A stretch of 64,000 bases of DNA from Gammaproteobacteria bacterium (GTDB lineage: Bacteria > Pseudomonadota > Gammaproteobacteria > Eutrophobiales > Eutrophobiaceae). The stretch is from the NCBI GenBank assembly GCA_965200295.1, contig OZ241347.1:3390093-3454092 (forward strand), given 5' to 3'. Positions 10,072 to 19,852 of the stretch are shown piece after piece (positions within the stretch are counted from its first letter, which is position 1; the number at the start of each line of letters is the position of its first letter). The notes under the pieces are model-generated. The model saw only the letters and a program-made list of their open reading frames with translations, was not told the origin of the DNA and made no database searches. Made by a program: the position numbers and the translations under genes.

Positions 10072-11049
10072 TCATTCGTTGTGGTTGTTATGCGCCCGAT
10101 TGTACCACGTTTGTGCAGAAAATGCACTGTTTTCGCACAAATATTTCACCACCGCCCGGGTAATATTCATTGCGGACGGGTCGAACCAGACCGCATTCTG
10201 CTCTGATCGTAACCAGGTCAGCTGGCGTTTGGCAAGTTGCCGGGTGGCAATGACCGCGCGTTCCTGCATTTCAGCAAAATCGCACTGCCCCGCCAGGTAT
10301 GACCACACCTGCCGGTAACCGACCAGGCGCATGGATGGCAGGTCTTCGTGCATATCCTCGCGTTGGTAAAAGCCACGCACCTCGTCCACCAAGCCTTGCT
10401 CCAGCATGTGCCGGAAACGCTGCCGCACCTGCGCGCGCAGTAACTGCCTGTCGGCCGGGACCAGCGCCAGCTTGATAACCGTTTGTGACAGTCTGCCCAA
10501 GCGCCCCTTGGCAACCAGCGCGGAAAGTGGCCTGCCGGTCATTTCATACACCTCCAGCGCCCGTTGCACCCGTTGCGCATCATGCGGGTGCAGGCGCGCG
10601 GCGCTGCCGGGGTCCACGCGCCGCAATTCTGTATGCAGCGCCGCAGAACCGTGTTCTCGCAACCGTGCGCGCCAGCGCCGGCGTAACGCCGGGTCGGTGG
10701 CGGGCAGGTCGGAAAAACCCTGTTCCAGGGTGCGGAAATACAAGCCAGTGCCGCCCACCAGTAACGGTATCCGGCGCTGTTTGCAGATGGCCTCGATAGC
10801 CGCCAAGGCGTCGCGTCGAAACCTGCCGGCCGAATACGCTTCAGTAGGCTCACAAATGTCGATCAGCCGGTGCGGAACCGTCTCCAGCACATCCTTGCCG
10901 GGCTTGGCCGTGCCGATGTCCAGCCCTTTATAGACCATGGCAGAATCAACACTGATAACCTCCAGTGGCAACTGTTTGACCAACTCCAACGCCAGCGCCG
11001 TCTTGCCGCTGGCCGTCGGCCCCATGAGGAAAATGACCGTGTCATTCAT
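10072..11049 (-). CDS. miaA: tRNA dimethylallyltransferase MiaA
   Basis: 325 aa, P-loop GPTASGKTALALEL and IPP-transferase core. Conserved position upstream of hfq. Confidence 0.9.
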   Translation of the reverse strand: MNDTVIFLMGPTASGKTALALELVKQLPLEVISVDSAMVYKGLDIGTAKPGKDVLETVPHRLIDICEPTEAYSAGRFRRDALAAIEAICKQRRIPLLVGGTGLYFRTLEQGFSDLPATDPALRRRWRARLREHGSAALHTELRRVDPGSAARLHPHDAQRVQRALEVYEMTGRPLSALVAKGRLGRLSQTVIKLALVPADRQLLRAQVRQRFRHMLEQGLVDEVRGFYQREDMHEDLPSMRLVGYRQVWSYLAGQCDFAEMQERAVIATRQLAKRQLTWLRSEQNAVWFDPSAMNITRAVVKYLCENSAFSAQTWYNRAHNNHNE

Positions 11050-12781
11050 TGATCAAGGTGATGAGCTTATCCGGGGAGACCGTTCTCCACAGGCCTTGGT
11101 GATGTTTTTGCGTGGTATCAATGTCGGTCTTGTCCAGGTCGGCAAGCAAGCCTTCGAGCATGGCGTTGGTGGGTCGTTCCACACTATCTTCCAGGCTCCC
11201 TGCCATAATTGCCAATAACTGCTCGGCGGGGTCGCCACTTGCAGGTTGCGCCGGCAGGGCATCCAGCACTGCGCTGACCATGCTCTTGACGTCAACCGCT
11301 TCGAGCAATACCGGGATTTCCCTGACCGAAACCAGATGCTCGGCAACCACGCGCAAGGACAGGCCAACAGTATCCAGCAGCTCGGCATATTGCTCTGCCA
11401 TATCGACCCGACGCCGGCCAACGTCAATATGCACGGGCACCAGCAACGGGCGGCGCGGTACGGATTCATGCAGATAATCCTGCCTGAGCCGGTAACGCAA
11501 CACATAAGCGCTGAGCGCGTGGCAGTTCAGCAGCACCAGGTCCTCATTACGCTGTGCGACTGCGAGGCCCGGCGTTAGCGCCAATCGGGGAATGCCAAGC
11601 CCGGCAGCTTTAGCGAGCAGGTCTTCCTGGGGTCCCCCAGGGGTGAGGTTCTGATAGAACAAGCTGGCTTCCCGGACCTGTAGCGGCGGCTGGTAAACCT
11701 GGCGCTGCGCATAGCTGTGCAGCCTGTTTTCAGTCCCGGCTTCGCCCTCCTCGTGCAAACCCAGCGCCGCCACTGCCTTAAGCGCATCGCGCAGGCTTAT
11801 ATGGATAAAATCATGCACTACGCGGCTGTCCCGAAAACGGATTTCACTCTTGGTCGGATGTACGTTAATGTCGGTCACCGCAGGATCGAGGTCCAGATGC
11901 AACAAACAGGTGGGGTAACGCCCGGCAGGCAGGGTATCGGCATACGCTGAACGCACTGCATGGAGGATTTTCCGGTCCCGCACCGCCCTGCCGTTGACAA
12001 AACAGAACTGCCGGTCCGACTGGCTGCGGCTGAGCTCGCCGGCGCCCAGCCAGCCCCACAACTTCATGCCCCGGGAGGTATAGCTCACAGGAATGGACTG
12101 CGTCGCAAAACGGCGCCCGAATACCTCTTCCACCCGCTCTTCCATGTTGTCTGCGCAGGCGCGATAGCGCAACACGGCCTTGCCGTTGTGGAGCAACCTG
12201 AAACCGATGTTGAAGCGGCTGCAGGCCACGCGCTTGACCACTTCGCTGATGTGGAGAAATTCTGTGCTCTGGCTGCGCATGAATTTACGGCGCGCCGGCG
12301 TGGCCTGAAAAATATCCGCGGCTTCCACGGTAGTGCCGCGCGCGCGCGCCGCCGGCTTGAGCGCCGCATGGCCACTGACCGGGTCGAAGGACAATGACCA
12401 GGCAGTCGCCGTCGCCGCGCTGCTTGAGACCAGCAAAAACGAGGATACGGCCGCGATGCTGGCCAGCGCTTCGCCGCGAAATCCCAGGCTGGTGATGCAA
12501 TCCAGGTCAGACTGGGTATTGAGCTTGCTGGTGCTGTGGCGTCGCAGCGCCAGTTCCATATCGTCGGGGTGGATGCCATGACCGTTATCGCTAACGGCAA
12601 TCAGCTTGTGACCACCCTCCATGACAGTTACCGTCACCTCATCGGCGCCGGCGTCAATACTGTTATCCAGCAGCTCCTTGAGCACCGCCGCGGGCCGCTC
12701 AATAACCTCCCCGGCCGCGATCTGGCTGGCCAGAGTTGGCGGCAGTTCGGTGATACGGGGGATTGTTGACTTGTCATCCAT
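11042..12781 (-). CDS. mutL: DNA mismatch repair protein MutL
   Basis: 579 aa; GHKL ATPase motifs (IAAGEVIERPAAVLKELLDNSIDAGA, DNGHGI) and C-terminal dimerisation domain. 3' end overlaps the miaA start by 8 nt. Confidence 0.9.
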   Translation of the reverse strand: MDDKSTIPRITELPPTLASQIAAGEVIERPAAVLKELLDNSIDAGADEVTVTVMEGGHKLIAVSDNGHGIHPDDMELALRRHSTSKLNTQSDLDCITSLGFRGEALASIAAVSSFLLVSSSAATATAWSLSFDPVSGHAALKPAARARGTTVEAADIFQATPARRKFMRSQSTEFLHISEVVKRVACSRFNIGFRLLHNGKAVLRYRACADNMEERVEEVFGRRFATQSIPVSYTSRGMKLWGWLGAGELSRSQSDRQFCFVNGRAVRDRKILHAVRSAYADTLPAGRYPTCLLHLDLDPAVTDINVHPTKSEIRFRDSRVVHDFIHISLRDALKAVAALGLHEEGEAGTENRLHSYAQRQVYQPPLQVREASLFYQNLTPGGPQEDLLAKAAGLGIPRLALTPGLAVAQRNEDLVLLNCHALSAYVLRYRLRQDYLHESVPRRPLLVPVHIDVGRRRVDMAEQYAELLDTVGLSLRVVAEHLVSVREIPVLLEAVDVKSMVSAVLDALPAQPASGDPAEQLLAIMAGSLEDSVERPTNAMLEGLLADLDKTDIDTTQKHHQGLWRTVSPDKLITLINE

Positions 12782-12826
12782 ATCACAACAGGGGTGGTGT
12801 TGTTTGTCCCTTAATGATAGCAGAAG

Positions 12827-13987
12827 TCAGTTCGTCGTTCCCCGCGCCGCCAGCAACGTATTCTCCGGCGGGTTCAGCTGGAAATAACGCTTGATGCCGG
12901 TCGCGATGGCCTGGGCAAGTTTGCGCTGATAGGCGGAGCTGCGCAGCTTCTTTTCCTCCTGGGGGTTGGAAATAAACGCGGTCTCGATCAGCATGGACGG
13001 GATGTCGGGTGATTTCAATACAGCAAAGGCGGCATACTCCACCGCCGGCTTGTGCACTTTGCCCACTTCTTTCAACCCTGCCAGGACTTTTTCAGCCGCC
13101 TCAATGCTGGCTTCCTCACTGGCTGTCTGGGACATGTCCAGCAATACCGATGCCAACTGATTGTCCTTGTCATCGAGGCTCACTCCACCCATCAGGTCGG
13201 AGGCATTTTCGCGCGCAGCCAGCCAGCGCGCGTGTTCGCTGCTGGCGCCCCGGCTGGAGAGGATATACACGGACGAACCCCGGACTTGCCTGTTGGTAAA
13301 CGCATCGGCATGAATGGATATGAACAGATCTGCATGCTGGCGGCGCGCCAGTTCCATGCGCTTGCGCAAGGGCACGTAATAATCACCGGTTCTGGTCAGC
13401 GCCGCCTTCATCCCGCGCTCTTTGTTTATCCTTTTCACCAGTTCCCTGGCTATCTGCAGCACAACCGTCTTCTCGTAGGTGCCGTGTGGTCCGATTGCCC
13501 CCGGGTCTTCACCACCGTGGCCGGCATCGACCGCGACCACGATATCGCGATATCCCGTCGCCGGTGCGCGCTTTTTTATCACCGGTTGTTGTTGTTGTTC
13601 GTCGGTGACATCCACCACCAACCTGTGGCCGTAGTGCTTGTTGGGTTTCAGCAGGAAGCTCTTGGCCTTGACGCGTTGCTCCAGGTCCAGCACGATTCTC
13701 AGAAAATCGTCGTGCTGCCCGTGCCGCATCTCTTGCACATGGCCGTCGCGCAGCGCCGGGTAGGAAAAGCGCGCTAACGGCGCGGTATTTTCAAGGTCGA
13801 TAACGACACGGTAGGGGCCGGACAGCAGTTTCAACTCGTGCCTGATCGGGCCGCTCAGATCGAAGACAACGCGGGTATTATCGGGCGCCGCCCAGACCCG
13901 GATATTTTTCAGGCGCGCCGTCTCCTGTGCTCCCAAAGGCAGGGAAAAAATCAGGAGTAAACAATAAGTTGTGATTAATCGCAGCAT
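12827..13987 (-). CDS. amiB: N-acetylmuramoyl-L-alanine amidase (AmiB/AmiC type, AMIN + Amidase_3)
   Basis: Signal peptide, AMIN domain (NIRVWAAPDNTRVVFDL) and Amidase_3 core (VVAVDAGHGGEDPGAIG...SIHADA). Confidence 0.85.
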   Translation of the reverse strand: MLRLITTYCLLLIFSLPLGAQETARLKNIRVWAAPDNTRVVFDLSGPIRHELKLLSGPYRVVIDLENTAPLARFSYPALRDGHVQEMRHGQHDDFLRIVLDLEQRVKAKSFLLKPNKHYGHRLVVDVTDEQQQQPVIKKRAPATGYRDIVVAVDAGHGGEDPGAIGPHGTYEKTVVLQIARELVKRINKERGMKAALTRTGDYYVPLRKRMELARRQHADLFISIHADAFTNRQVRGSSVYILSSRGASSEHARWLAARENASDLMGGVSLDDKDNQLASVLLDMSQTASEEASIEAAEKVLAGLKEVGKVHKPAVEYAAFAVLKSPDIPSMLIETAFISNPQEEKKLRSSAYQRKLAQAIATGIKRYFQLNPPENTLLAARGTTN

Positions 13988-14079
13988 CTGCCAGCCGGTT
14001 GTTGTGAGCGCTATACTGGCGATTATCTCAATCTTTTTTTAAGAAGTCAAGCTATCTAACTGTTTTTTTTGAGGTTGCA

Positions 14080-14547
14080 TCAATCAGTGCGAGATGCAGG
14101 GGTGAGTTTTTGTAAGCATTCCCGGCCTGCTTCGGTCTGCGCCCGACAATGCAGGCTGCGCGCAGCCTGCTCCATGCCGATGTCGATGGTTAAATCCGCA
14201 ACGGGCAAGCTCGCCCCGCCCCGTTCCGGCCATTCCACCAGGCAGATGGCCCGGCCGTCGAAATAGTCGCGGTAACCGATGTCATCCAGTTCTGCAGCCG
14301 TGGCCAGACGGTACAGGTCGAAATGACAGACCTCAACGCCAGCGACCGGGTAATGCTCCACCAGGGTGTATGTCGGACTCTTGACCACGCCCTGATAGCC
14401 AAGCCCGCGCAGCGCGCCGCGCACAAAGGTGGTCTTGCCCGCGCCCAGTTCCCCTTGCAGGTACAGCTTGAAACCCGGTGGCAGGTTGGCCGCGCAACAG
14501 GCCGCGAGTTCCTGCATCTGTGCGGGGGTGGCGATGGTCAGGCGCAT
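14080..14547 (-). CDS. tsaE: tRNA t6A biosynthesis ATPase TsaE (YjeE)
   Basis: 155 aa; P-loop LQGELGAGKTTFVRG and SPTYTLVEHY motif. Confidence 0.85.
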   Translation of the reverse strand: MRLTIATPAQMQELAACCAANLPPGFKLYLQGELGAGKTTFVRGALRGLGYQGVVKSPTYTLVEHYPVAGVEVCHFDLYRLATAAELDDIGYRDYFDGRAICLVEWPERGGASLPVADLTIDIGMEQAARSLHCRAQTEAGRECLQKLTPASRTD

Positions 14548-16058
14548 GGTGCAGGGTGATGCCCAAGGTAATGTGCAGGGTGATGCGCGGGATTGACCAG
14601 CGTGCGCAACATCGGCAACAGATCACCGGCCAGCAGGCCTCTTTCTCCCTGCGCCGCACACAGGTCTGCCGCATGACCGTGCAGATACACCCCGCAGCGC
14701 GCGGCCGCAGGCGGCGCCAAGCCCTGGGCCAGCAGGCCGGCTATGATCCCGGTCAACACATCGCCCATGCCACCGGCGGCCATGCCGGGATTGCCGGTGG
14801 GGTTCAGGTAGCGCGGGCCGCCGGCTGCGGCGATCAGACTGCCGGCCCCCTTGAGCACAACGACGCCGCCGAATTTATCCTGCAACAATGACACCGCGAC
14901 AAAGCGGTCGGCCTGGAGCTCTGCCGTGGTCACGCCCAGCAGACGGGCAGCCTCACCGGGATGGGGCGTCAGTACCCAGTTTGCCCGGCGTTGCGGCTCA
15001 GAGGCCAACAGGTTCAGGGCATCGGCATCCACCACCAAGGGTAGCCGGGTCTGCAACACCTTGGCAAGTAAGGCGCCGGCCCAATCCGATTGCCCCAGAC
15101 CCGGGCCGATAGCGACCACGCTGACCCGGTTCAGCAAGGTGTCCAGGTCTTGTGCAGTGTGCACGGCAGCGCTCATCAATTCAGGTTGATACAGGGGCAC
15201 GATGCGGGCGTGCTCCGGGCGCGTTGCTACCGTCACCAGGCCGGCTCCGCTCCTGGCAGCCGCACACGCGGCGAGGAGGGCGGCGCCCTGATAGCCGTAA
15301 TCACCACCCACGACCAGAACATGGCCGTGGTGGCCCTTGTGGGCGTCCCGTGTACGGCACGGGAGGTTGTGCGCCACCTCCTGGTGTTCAATCAGGCGGA
15401 CGCCAGCGTTGACTGAGGCCCGGGCAGTGGCGGGAGTGTCCAGATCACTGAACAGCACGTCGCCACAGAACTCAGGCCCTTGTGCAGTGAACAGACCACG
15501 TTTTAAGCCGACAAAGGCGATGGTGGCAGCAGCCCTGATTGTGCTACCCATGCATACCCCCGTATCCGCGTTCAGGCCGGAGGGCAGATCAAGGGCTAGC
15601 GTCGGAATGCCGGATTCGTTAACGCGTCGGATAGCGTCGGCGAAAGCGCCGTCCACGATACGGTTCAGACCACTGCCCAGCAAGGCGTCAACAATAACAT
15701 CGGCGCCGTCCGGAGCGAAGGTGCTTGCCACCCCCCCGGTTTGCAGGTAGTGGCGCGCGCAGGTCGCCGCTTCACCCGTGAGCCGCTCCGGGGCCACCAG
15801 CGCGCTGACCCTGACCACCCGCCCTTCCTGATGTGCCAGACGCGCCAGTACGTAACCGTCCCCGGCGTTATTGCCGCCGCCGCAGAGCACGAGCAGGCGT
15901 TTGGCATCGGGGTAGCGCACCCGCAGAACCTCAAAGGCGTCCGCCCCGGCCCGTTCCATCAGTGTGAGCGAGGACAAGCTCTGCTCTTTAATCGCGATCC
16001 GGTCCAGCTCCCGCACTTGGGCGGCAGTGTACAGCTCCACGGGCAAATCAGCAGTCAT
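14538..16058 (-). CDS. nnr: bifunctional NAD(P)H-hydrate epimerase/dehydratase Nnr (YjeF)
   Basis: 506 aa; YjeF-N and carbohydrate-kinase-like YjeF-C halves (GPGLG, GMGDVLTG). Overlaps tsaE by 10 nt. Confidence 0.85.
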   Translation of the reverse strand: MTADLPVELYTAAQVRELDRIAIKEQSLSSLTLMERAGADAFEVLRVRYPDAKRLLVLCGGGNNAGDGYVLARLAHQEGRVVRVSALVAPERLTGEAATCARHYLQTGGVASTFAPDGADVIVDALLGSGLNRIVDGAFADAIRRVNESGIPTLALDLPSGLNADTGVCMGSTIRAAATIAFVGLKRGLFTAQGPEFCGDVLFSDLDTPATARASVNAGVRLIEHQEVAHNLPCRTRDAHKGHHGHVLVVGGDYGYQGAALLAACAAARSGAGLVTVATRPEHARIVPLYQPELMSAAVHTAQDLDTLLNRVSVVAIGPGLGQSDWAGALLAKVLQTRLPLVVDADALNLLASEPQRRANWVLTPHPGEAARLLGVTTAELQADRFVAVSLLQDKFGGVVVLKGAGSLIAAAGGPRYLNPTGNPGMAAGGMGDVLTGIIAGLLAQGLAPPAAARCGVYLHGHAADLCAAQGERGLLAGDLLPMLRTLVNPAHHPAHYLGHHPAPCA

Positions 16059-16133
16059 TTGGACTTGTTTCAGTGTGTTGGTGGCTTATAGTAAGCCCTG
16101 AAAATGCCTTCCGTGGCATTTTCAGGGATGCCT

Positions 16134-16439
16134 TTATGTTATCCCTAACCGGTCATTCCGGGCGGCGTAGTCGTCGAGTTGTGCTTTGGACGCTTCCTGC
16201 TGGTGTTGGTCTTTCCATTCACGGTAGGGCATCCCATAGATAATTTCCCGGGCCTGTTCGTAGTCCAGTTCCTCGCCGCGTTCTTCTGCCGCAGCGCGGT
16301 ACCACTTCGACAGGCAGTTCCGGCAAAAGCCGGCCAGGTTCATCAGGTCTATGTTCTGCACCTCGGTATGTTCGCGCAGGTATTGCGCCAGGTGGCGGAA
16401 CGTAGCCGCCTCAATGGCTTGTCGGGTATCGTCATTCAT
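16134..16439 (-). CDS. DUF1244-family protein (copy 1)
   Basis: 101 aa with FCRNCLSKWY motif. About 90% identical to the 25130..25426 paralog. Confidence 0.6.
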   Translation of the reverse strand: MNDDTRQAIEAATFRHLAQYLREHTEVQNIDLMNLAGFCRNCLSKWYRAAAEERGEELDYEQAREIIYGMPYREWKDQHQQEASKAQLDDYAARNDRLGIT

Positions 16440-16532
16440 ATCTCTCTCCGGTCAGTTTCTGTGAGTAGCAGGGACGGTCACATTCCGTCCGTAACGCCTC
16501 CAGGGACTATCTGAAAATGTCTTCTACCCCAA

Positions 16533-17880
16533 TCATTCAAGGTTATATTTCTGTATCCGGTAACGCAGGGCCATGCGGGTGATGCCCAGCTCCCGCGCGG
16601 CTTTGGAAACGTTGCCATTGCATTTTTCCAGGGCATTCCTGATCAGCATCAGTTCTGCGTCACCCAGTGTCAAGTCGGTCTCCGTGCCGGGCGCGGCCGG
16701 CGCGTTCAGAGCCAGACTCTCGGGCGATAACTGGCCGCCACCGGACAGTAGCACGGCGCGTTCAATCATGTGTTTCAGTTCGCGCACATTGCCAGGCCAG
16801 TGATACGACCTGAGCGCCTGCGCCGCCGCCGCCGACAGGCTGAGCCCGGGCAGGCCGTAACGTCTGGCATTCTGCTGCATGAAATGCCGGGCCAGCAACA
16901 GTACGTCAGCGCCGCGTTCCCGTAACGGCGCCAGCGTAATGGACAACACGTTCAGGCGGTAATACAGGTCGGAACGGAATCCCCCCCGTTGTGCCAGCGC
17001 CGCCAGATCCCGGTTGGTGGCGGCGATAATCCAGGCTGCCACCGGGCGCTCCCTGGTGGTGCCCACCTTGCGTAGCGTCCTGCGTTCCAGCACCGCCAGC
17101 AGTTTGGCTTGCAAGTCCATGGGCAACTCGCCGATCTCATCCATGAACAGCACGCCGTCCTCCGCCGCTTCGATCAAACCGGTGCGCGCCGTGTGCGCGC
17201 TGGTGAAGGCGCCTTTTTCATGGCCGAACAGCTCCGCTTCGATCAAGTCTTTGGGCAGGCTGGCGCAATCCACATGCACAAACGGCCGTAGTGCGCGGGC
17301 GCTGTTGGCATGCAGCAGCCGTGCCACCACATCCTTGCCGGTGCCGGTCTCGCCGAGAATCAGGATCGTGGGCGGCATACTGGCGGCCGTCACCTGTTGC
17401 AGGCGTTCAATCTGTTGCCGCACCGCCGTAATGGCGGGGCTGGCGCCGAGCAAATCCACGCCTTCATGGGCATGTTGCTCGCGCTTGCTGGAATAGGTCA
17501 GCTTTTGTGAGAGCTCATCCTGTTCCAGCACCCGCTCCACGGTGAGCAATAACTCATCGAGGTCAATCGGCTTTTTCAGGTAGTCAGACGCGCCTGATTT
17601 CATGGCCGACACGGCATTCTCAATCTCACCATAAGCCGACATCACTAGCACCGGGAAGGCATTGGCGGCGTCATCCTGCAAGCCGGCCAGAAAATCCAGC
17701 CCGGAACCGTCGGGCAGACGCATGTCCAGCAACAGCAGGTCCGGCGTCGCCTCCTGGAGTTTTGTCGCGCCTTCGCCCACCGCCCCCGGCAAACACCGCC
17801 TCGTCCTCAACAATCAGGACGCGCCGCTGCATACGCGGCACCTCGGTTTCAGTAACGAACGGATTGCTGTGCATAGCCAT
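16533..17880 (-). pseudogene. sigma54-dependent response regulator (NtrC family), copy 1, disrupted
   Basis: AAA+ sigma54-activator core (GETGTGKDVVARLLH, GAFTSA) and Fis HTH are intact. The receiver domain is split between ORFs 17671..17880 and 16533..17813 by a ~51-nt deletion relative to copy 2. There is no adjacent kinase. Confidence 0.6.
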
Positions 17881-17952
17881 AGCGCCAATACTCTTTCAAC
17901 CTGATATTACCATGTTCAGCGGGCCGGCAACCCTGCACCTGCCGAGGCGCAC

Positions 17953-18216
17953 CTATTGAGGATTAACCGGCGTCAGGGTCGAATCTGTGTGGAGTGGTAT
18001 ATCCAGCTTGGTTTCTACTCGGGCCAGACGTTCGCGCACATCGGCCAAGCGCTCACGGACATCTGTAATATCTTTGGACAGGCCGTCAATTTTGGCGCTC
18101 AGCTTGTCATGGTCGGCTTCCAGACGCGCCAAACGTTCGGTCAGACTGGTTTTCAACCACAGTACCGTACCGATGATGGTTCCGAGTAAAGTAAAAAATT
18201 GTATGGTGTCATTCAT
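17953..18216 (-). CDS. small membrane-anchored coiled-coil protein (XhlA/DUF1640-like)
   Basis: Start at MNDTIQFF (GGAGA 6 nt upstream). N-terminal TM helix then heptad-like repeats (ERLARLEADHDKLSAKIDGLSKDITDVRERLADVRERLARVETKLD). Confidence 0.4.
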   Translation of the reverse strand: MNDTIQFFTLLGTIIGTVLWLKTSLTERLARLEADHDKLSAKIDGLSKDITDVRERLADVRERLARVETKLDIPLHTDSTLTPVNPQ

Positions 18217-18638
18217 TGAAATCTCCCAGGGTAGTCCCATTCAGTAACGCAAAGCTGTCAGGCATCTTGCCCATCGCAGACCGGCGAAAGTCTATCGATA
18301 CCGGCCTGACTTGAACAATGTGGTGAATAGTATAGTCGCATACTGGCAACTGTTCAAGCTGCTTACTTACCGGGTTGGTCTGACCAGCGAATTAACCGCC
18401 CGCGATGCAAGCACTACCAAGACCATGTTAGCCGGTAACTGGAAGACCTCTCGCATGGTTGCTCACTATTCCGCCGGCGCCACAGCGGGGCAAACTACAC
18501 GGATGTAGTTTGCAAATCATCTATCCTGACGATTTGTCATTTTCAAGCACTGACGTGCTTAAAAATGGCAGCCTATCCATAATGCTGCACGGCCACCTCT
18601 AATTTTTAGAGGTGGCCTTGTGTGTTTATTGAGTTTGG

Positions 18639-19490
18639 CTAGCCGCCTGGCCGATAGGGTGATTCCGGGCAGTAGTTTGTGCTGTCGGTAGTCCATTTCA
18701 GCGAACTTTCCCCATAAGTAGGTATATCACCATACGCCGCTGGAGGGTTGTTCAAACTATCACTTCCTGGCGTTAAAGGGGTATAACGGTCATGGGGGGT
18801 TACTTCTACAAGGCTTTTGCTCGCACACACGCAGGTGTTGTTGAGGTTGCCGCCCTGAGCTAGTTTTACTATACCGCCCCCAGTACTTTGAGGCCTCGAA
18901 CAATTGTCGTCTTCAGTTATCCCAAATCTTCGCACTGAGTTTGTATCGTAGCCAGGCGTTGATATCAACATCAATTCAAATCGACTCTCCGCAAAGGTAG
19001 AGTCGATGATGTCATTCGGCCAACAGAAACCAAACCCTCTACTCAAGGTCGTTTGTCCCACACTGACCGTATGGGTTTGTAGAGTGCGGGAAAACTCATT
19101 CAGCCTCGCTCCCGGCTCCAAAAAAGCTTCAACCCCATGATTGCGGAAATAATTGTAGCCGGATACATGCCGAAGTAGGATCCGAAATTCTGTATTGCTT
19201 GTTGCGGCTCGGCTTAACGTAATATCGTAACCCCTAAAACAACCGAGCGATTCGGGGGAAGCGGAAGCATTATCGGGTGCCCCACCGGTTATACGGGCCG
19301 TCGGCAGTAGCTGCGCCCATCCCGGCGCGGCCAGTGCCGCAAGCAGGAAGAGGGCTGTTAGTCTAGTAAAAAGTGGGGGGGGGGGGGGGGGGGGGGGGAT
19401 TTTCTGGTCAGTTGTTTCATGTGTTTCCTCTTTCAGGTTTGCCCGCCGGTGACAAAGAGACAAACCGGCGTGCGGGTGGTTAACGCACAC
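18639..19490 (-). CDS. secreted Cys-containing hypothetical protein; 5' end contains poly-C(24); likely phase-variable
   Basis: Hydrophobic signal-like segment LFTRLTALFLLAALAAPGWAQ follows a Pro8 run encoded by the homopolymer. The only RBS-linked ATG (19420..19418, AAAGAGGA upstream) is +1 out of frame at the present tract length. The annotated long frame starts at a GTG without RBS. Confidence 0.5.
   Translation of the reverse strand: MCVNHPHAGLSLCHRRANLKEETHETTDQKIPPPPPPPPLFTRLTALFLLAALAAPGWAQLLPTARITGGAPDNASASPESLGCFRGYDITLSRAATSNTEFRILLRHVSGYNYFRNHGVEAFLEPGARLNEFSRTLQTHTVSVGQTTLSRGFGFCWPNDIIDSTFAESRFELMLISTPGYDTNSVRRFGITEDDNCSRPQSTGGGIVKLAQGGNLNNTCVCASKSLVEVTPHDRYTPLTPGSDSLNNPPAAYGDIPTYGESSLKWTTDSTNYCPESPYRPGG
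19375..19398. repeat. homopolymeric G24 tract (C24 on the coding strand)
   Basis: Counted directly: 6+10+8 G. Confidence 0.95.
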
Positions 19491-19741
19491 CGTCGGATTT
19501 TCTCACAAATTGCAGCAACTGTCAATACTATAGCGGGGCTTTTATGGAGTTCCTGACGAGGCAGCCCATCGCCCCACAAGATCCATCCTATACCGTTCTG
19601 ACGCTTTGTCAAATGCGGATTTCCGGGATGTCGAATTGCCGACATGCAACAGGCGGCAGGAAGAGTAAGGCCCGCCTCTGTCTGCAAAATTACTGGCAAA
19701 ATACCGATTGACCTTTCTTTTTATCAAACAAACTGACAAAA

Positions 19742-19786
19742 CATGGTTGTAAAATATCATTTAATTTGATATTTTACAACCATGTT
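19742..19786. promoter_or_regulatory. perfect 19-bp inverted repeat with 7-nt AT spacer (candidate operator) overlapping a sigma70-like promoter
   Basis: acatggttgtaaaatatca-tttaatt-tgatattttacaaccatgt. TTGACA at about 19733 with a TATCAT about 16 nt downstream. Lies between the divergent poly-G gene and the AAA+ gene. Confidence 0.5.
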
Positions 19787-19852
19787 TTGCGCGATCTCTA
19801 TAACTTTCTGGCGCTCCGGCCGCTTGCGCCATGGTATTTCGGCACAGTAATC

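Noticed and set aside
9814-16058. Tight gene overlaps in the hfq-miaA-mutL-amiB-tsaE-nnr block as something unusual
   Set aside because: This is the conserved gammaproteobacterial order with known short overlaps between adjacent genes. It is ordinary.
19375-19398. Possibility that the G24 tract is purely a sequencing or assembly artefact
   Set aside because: This cannot be excluded from the sequence alone. It is kept as a finding because the flanking gene structure (RBS-ATG, signal-like segment, in-frame Pro codons) is exactly that of a contingency locus.
19542-19790. Two divergent short ORFs both beginning MIFYNHVL (19542..19760 - and the first 29 codons of 19766..21271 +)
   Set aside because: They are mirror translations of the 19-bp perfect palindrome. 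The real start of the ATPase gene is taken at MQQPLP (19853).
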